Shown: in pieces, positions 60,664 through 64,000 of the stretch
Position numbering within the stretch: position 1 is the first letter of the stretch
How the letters are laid out: each line of letters starts with the position of its first letter
Assembly: GCA_965262725.1 (NCBI GenBank)
Contig: OZ253555.1
Span: 2,752,001-2,816,000 of the forward strand
Reading direction: 5' to 3'
DNA: 64,000 bases
DNA from: Dehalococcoidia bacterium
GTDB taxonomy: Bacteria; Chloroflexota; Dehalococcoidia; UBA2979
The notes under the pieces: model-generated
Told to the model about the DNA's origin: nothing
The model's input: only the letters and a program-made list of their open reading frames with translations
Database searches by the model: none
Made by a program: the position numbers and the translations under genes

Positions 60664-61739
60664 CCGAGAGCAAACCCGCGACCGCGCCGGCGGAGGGCGC
60701 CGCGGCCGAGGACGTCGCCCAGGCGCGGCAGCGGATCCTGACGGGAGTACGACCCACGGGCCCGCTCCATCTCGGCCACTACGCCGGGGCGCTCGAGAAT
60801 TGGCTCCGGCTCCAGCGCGAGTACGACTGCTTCTTCCTGATCGCCGACTACCAGGTGTCCGACTACGCCTCCGACATCGATCTGGTGCGCCGGGGCGTGC
60901 TCGAGGTCGCGCTCGACTGGCTCGCGGTGGGGCTCGACCCCGAGAGGAGCCACTTCGTCATCGAGAGCCACGTGCCGGAGCACGCCGAGCTCACCGTATG
61001 GCTCTCCTGGTGGATCGGCCTGGGGCGGCTCGAGCGCAATCCGACGCTCAAAGCCGAGATGGCCGAGCTCGAATCGCGTTCCGACTCGGCTGTGCCGGTG
61101 GCGTTCTTCACCTACCCGGTGATGCAGGTCGCCAACATCCTGCTCCCGCGAGCGCACCTGGTGCCGACGGGCGAGGACCAGTCGCCGCACATCGAGCTGA
61201 CGCGCGAGGTGGCGCGCCGATTCAACCGGCTCTTCGGCTACACCTTCCCGGTGCCACGCGGCCTGATCGGGCGCGTGCCGCGGCTGGTGGGGACCGACGG
61301 CAGCGCGAAAATGGGGAAGTCGACCGGCAACGCCATCGACCTCCGGGACGACGCGGAGACCGTCACCGCCAAGGTCAGGGGGATGTACACCGACCCGACG
61401 CGGCTGCGGGCGACCGATCCCGGTCACGTCGAGGACAACCCGGTCTTCATGTATCACGACGCCTTCAACCCCAACACCGACGAGGTGAACGAGCTCAAGG
61501 AGCGCTACCGCGCGGGCCGCGTCGGAGATGTCGAGGTGAAGACGAGGCTCGCGGCGGCGCTGAACACCTTCCTCGACCCGATCCGGGAGCGGAGGGCGCA
61601 CTACGAGGGGCGCCCCGAGCTCGTGCGCGAGGCGCTCGCCGCGGGATCGAAGCACGCCCGCGCGATCGGCCGCGAGACGATGGCGGACGTGCGGGCCGCT
61701 CTGCGCCTCGACGACATCGGCGGCACCCCCACGAGGTGA
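60660..61739 (+). CDS. trpS: Tryptophan--tRNA ligase
   Basis: TGVRPTGPLHLGH, YPVMQVA, GEDQ, KMGKS, GMYTDP; ATGA overlap with argS. Confidence 0.95.
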   Translation: MTESKPATAPAEGAAAEDVAQARQRILTGVRPTGPLHLGHYAGALENWLRLQREYDCFFLIADYQVSDYASDIDLVRRGVLEVALDWLAVGLDPERSHFVIESHVPEHAELTVWLSWWIGLGRLERNPTLKAEMAELESRSDSAVPVAFFTYPVMQVANILLPRAHLVPTGEDQSPHIELTREVARRFNRLFGYTFPVPRGLIGRVPRLVGTDGSAKMGKSTGNAIDLRDDAETVTAKVRGMYTDPTRLRATDPGHVEDNPVFMYHDAFNPNTDEVNELKERYRAGRVGDVEVKTRLAAALNTFLDPIRERRAHYEGRPELVREALAAGSKHARAIGRETMADVRAALRLDDIGGTPTR

Positions 61740-62590
61740 GCCCAACCGAGAGCGCCCGCGCGGCGCTCCCCGTCACCCGCAGCGGCGAGGACGCGCTGAC
61801 CACGGCCGTTCGACTGGCTCGCGCCGCCGGCTCCCTCGTACGCGACGCCTCCCTCGGGGCGCGACCATACGAGCGCAAGGGGCGCATCGACTTTGTCACC
61901 GCGGCCGACCGCGCCTCGGAGGCCCTCATCATCGACGGATTGGGCGAGGCGTATCCCGGCCACGCGGTGCTCTCCGAGGAGTCACACCCCGACACGCCGT
62001 GGGCCGAGGGAGAGCTCTGGGTCGTCGATCCGCTCGACGGCACCCGCAACTTCACGGCCGGCATCCCGCTCTACTGCGTGACGCTGGCCTACGTCCGGGA
62101 TGGAACGCCCCGGCTCGGCGTGACCTACGACCCCAACCGCGACTGGTGCCTGGCCGGCGGGCCCGGTCTCGGGCTTGCGGCGAACGGCCGGATGGTTGGC
62201 GCCACCCAGGCCCGCGATCTCGCCTCCTCGCTGGTGGTCGCCGATCTCGGCCACGACGACGAGCGTGCCGCCGGCACGCTCGATCTCATGAGCAGCCTGT
62301 GGCCGGGCGTACAGGGCTACCGCGTGGTCGGTTCGGCCGCTCTGGGGCTCGCCTGGTCCGCCGCCGGTCTCTGCGACCTCATGGTCCATGGCTCCGTCTG
62401 GCCGTGGGACATCGCGGCGGCGCTAGCAATGGTGCCGGCGGGCGGCGGGGTGGTGCTCGACGAGGACGCGTCACCGGCCACACTTGGATCCCGCAGCGTC
62501 GTGGCGGGCGCCCGGCGGCCGGCCCGCGAGCTGCTGGAGCGGCGCGCCGGCTGGCCCGGCCCACCGTCGAAACCGGTGCCCCGCGGCTAA
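61736..62590 (+). CDS. Inositol monophosphatase family protein (SuhB-like)
   Basis: DFVTAAD, LSEE, WVVDPLDGTRNF, GSAAL, WDIAAA; GTGA overlap with trpS. Confidence 0.9.
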   Translation: MSPTESARAALPVTRSGEDALTTAVRLARAAGSLVRDASLGARPYERKGRIDFVTAADRASEALIIDGLGEAYPGHAVLSEESHPDTPWAEGELWVVDPLDGTRNFTAGIPLYCVTLAYVRDGTPRLGVTYDPNRDWCLAGGPGLGLAANGRMVGATQARDLASSLVVADLGHDDERAAGTLDLMSSLWPGVQGYRVVGSAALGLAWSAAGLCDLMVHGSVWPWDIAAALAMVPAGGGVVLDEDASPATLGSRSVVAGARRPARELLERRAGWPGPPSKPVPRG

Positions 62591-62628
62591 CGGCCGACAC
62601 CGGTGGCACGCCCTCCGGGCTGCCTCGC

Positions 62629-63777
62629 CTAGCGCTCGGAGATCGGCACAAACCCGCGCACGTCCTCGCCGACGTAGATCTGACGCGGGCGAAAGAGGCG
62701 GTTGCCGGAGTCCCACTGCTCCCGCATGTGCACGACCCAGCCGAGCGTGCGCGACGCCGCGAAGAGCGGCGTGTAAAAGTCGACCGGGACGCCGATGCCG
62801 TTGAAAACGCAGCCCGAGAACAGGTCCACGTTGGGCCAGAGTCCCCGCTCGGAGAGCCGCTCGGTCGCGACGCGCTCCACCTCGAGCGCGATGTCGTAGA
62901 GATTGCGGTGCTCCGGAGCGACCAGAAGGCTCTCGGCGAGCCGCTGGATGACGATCGAGCGTGGATCCTTCACCTGGTAGATGCGGTGACCAAATCCGGG
63001 AATGCGCGCCCTCTCGTCGAGCATCCTGCTCACGAAGGCCGGGGCACTGTCGGGCTCGCCGATCTCCAGGAAGAGACGAATCGAGCGCTCGTTGGCGCCG
63101 CCGTGGGAGGGACCCGAGAGGGCGCCGATCGCCGCCGACACCACCGCCTCCGGCTCGGACCGGGTCGAGGTCACGACGCGCGTGGTGAAGGTGGAGGCGT
63201 TCCCGGCCGAATGGTCCGCCTGCAGGATCAACAGCGTGTCCATCGCCGCGACATGCTCCGCGGGGGGCTCGCCGCCGGTGATCATCCTCAGCACCATCGA
63301 GGCGTGCGACTCGCCCGACCGCGGTCCGTCGTAGGGACGACCGGCCGCCGCCTGCGCGATCACGCCCACGAGATGCCCGACCTTCGCGACTAGCGCGACG
63401 CCGCGCTCGCGGACCTCACCCAGTGACTGTTCGAAGTCGTTCTGCCGCGGCCCGAGGGCGGCAACCGCCGCCTGCAGGGCGAACATGGGGTGCGCGCCCT
63501 CGCCGGCTCGGCGCGCGATCTCGATCTGCGGCTCCGTGAGCGTGCGGGCGCTTTCCATCTCGGCCTGGACCTCGGCGATACGCGACGCCGTCGGGAGCTC
63601 GCCGTCGTAGAGCAGCGCGACGACTTCCTCGAAGGTGGTTGCGTGCGTGACATCTTCGATCGAGTAGCCGCGGTAGGTGAGCCGGCCCGCCGCTCCGTCC
63701 ACGAGCGAGACCGACGACTCGGCTATGGGAATCCCCTCTAGTCCCGGTATCAGAGTCGCGGTCGCGTCGGTCGTCAT
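62629..63777 (-). CDS. Citrate synthase / methylcitrate synthase family
   Basis: PGLEG, LTYRGY, ADH…NASTF, GPSHGGAN, GFGHRIY…DPR, PNVD. Confidence 0.93.
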   Translation of the reverse strand: MTTDATATLIPGLEGIPIAESSVSLVDGAAGRLTYRGYSIEDVTHATTFEEVVALLYDGELPTASRIAEVQAEMESARTLTEPQIEIARRAGEGAHPMFALQAAVAALGPRQNDFEQSLGEVRERGVALVAKVGHLVGVIAQAAAGRPYDGPRSGESHASMVLRMITGGEPPAEHVAAMDTLLILQADHSAGNASTFTTRVVTSTRSEPEAVVSAAIGALSGPSHGGANERSIRLFLEIGEPDSAPAFVSRMLDERARIPGFGHRIYQVKDPRSIVIQRLAESLLVAPEHRNLYDIALEVERVATERLSERGLWPNVDLFSGCVFNGIGVPVDFYTPLFAASRTLGWVVHMREQWDSGNRLFRPRQIYVGEDVRGFVPISER

Positions 63778-64000
63778 CACTCGTCCCCGCTCTCCGTCGC
63801 GACAGGCGCGCGCATCGCCACCGCGGGAGGCGCCGCGACCGTGCTTACCCGATGGGCGCGGCGCACGCGACGCCGTGCGGTGTCTCTCCGGGGGGGCAGT
63901 ATACGGGTGCGCGCCCGGCTGCGTGGGAGCGTCCGCGCGGGCCTCAGCCCCCGACCCGGTCGCCGGCATGCTCAGAGACGAATCCCGTGAGCAGTTCGCG

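Overview
Very GC-rich, gene-dense chromosomal window. Gene content and order suggest a Chloroflexota genome, probably Dehalococcoidia-like (inference only). It is mostly housekeeping DNA, rich in metal-cofactor genes: a complete sufR-sufCBD-Rieske ferredoxin-sufS-sufU-sufT operon, a second SufR-like regulator with iscA/erpA, a divergent iscS and an orphan nuoB, a Fur regulator, nickel SOD (sodN-sodX), and a selenophosphate synthetase that is itself a selenoprotein (in-frame UGA missed by the ORF track, plus a SECIS-like hairpin). Also present: CIRCE-controlled solo groEL, argJ-argB-UPF0182-argD-argG-argH-rpe, rpmB/fakA/degV/recG, argS-trpS-IMPase, citrate synthase and one intact IS5-family element inserted at the nuoB stop codon. 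Best leads for something undescribed: (1) selD(Sec) translationally coupled to an LprG/P55-like lipoprotein-MFS pair, (2) the second SufR-IscA/IscS-orphan NuoB module, (3) a membrane-anchored Rieske-fold protein lacking three of four cluster ligands, (4) a ~117-nt rod-like structured element between argD and argG. No rRNA, complete tRNA, CRISPR array or prophage was seen. All family calls come from motif recognition by eye; no database searches were run.
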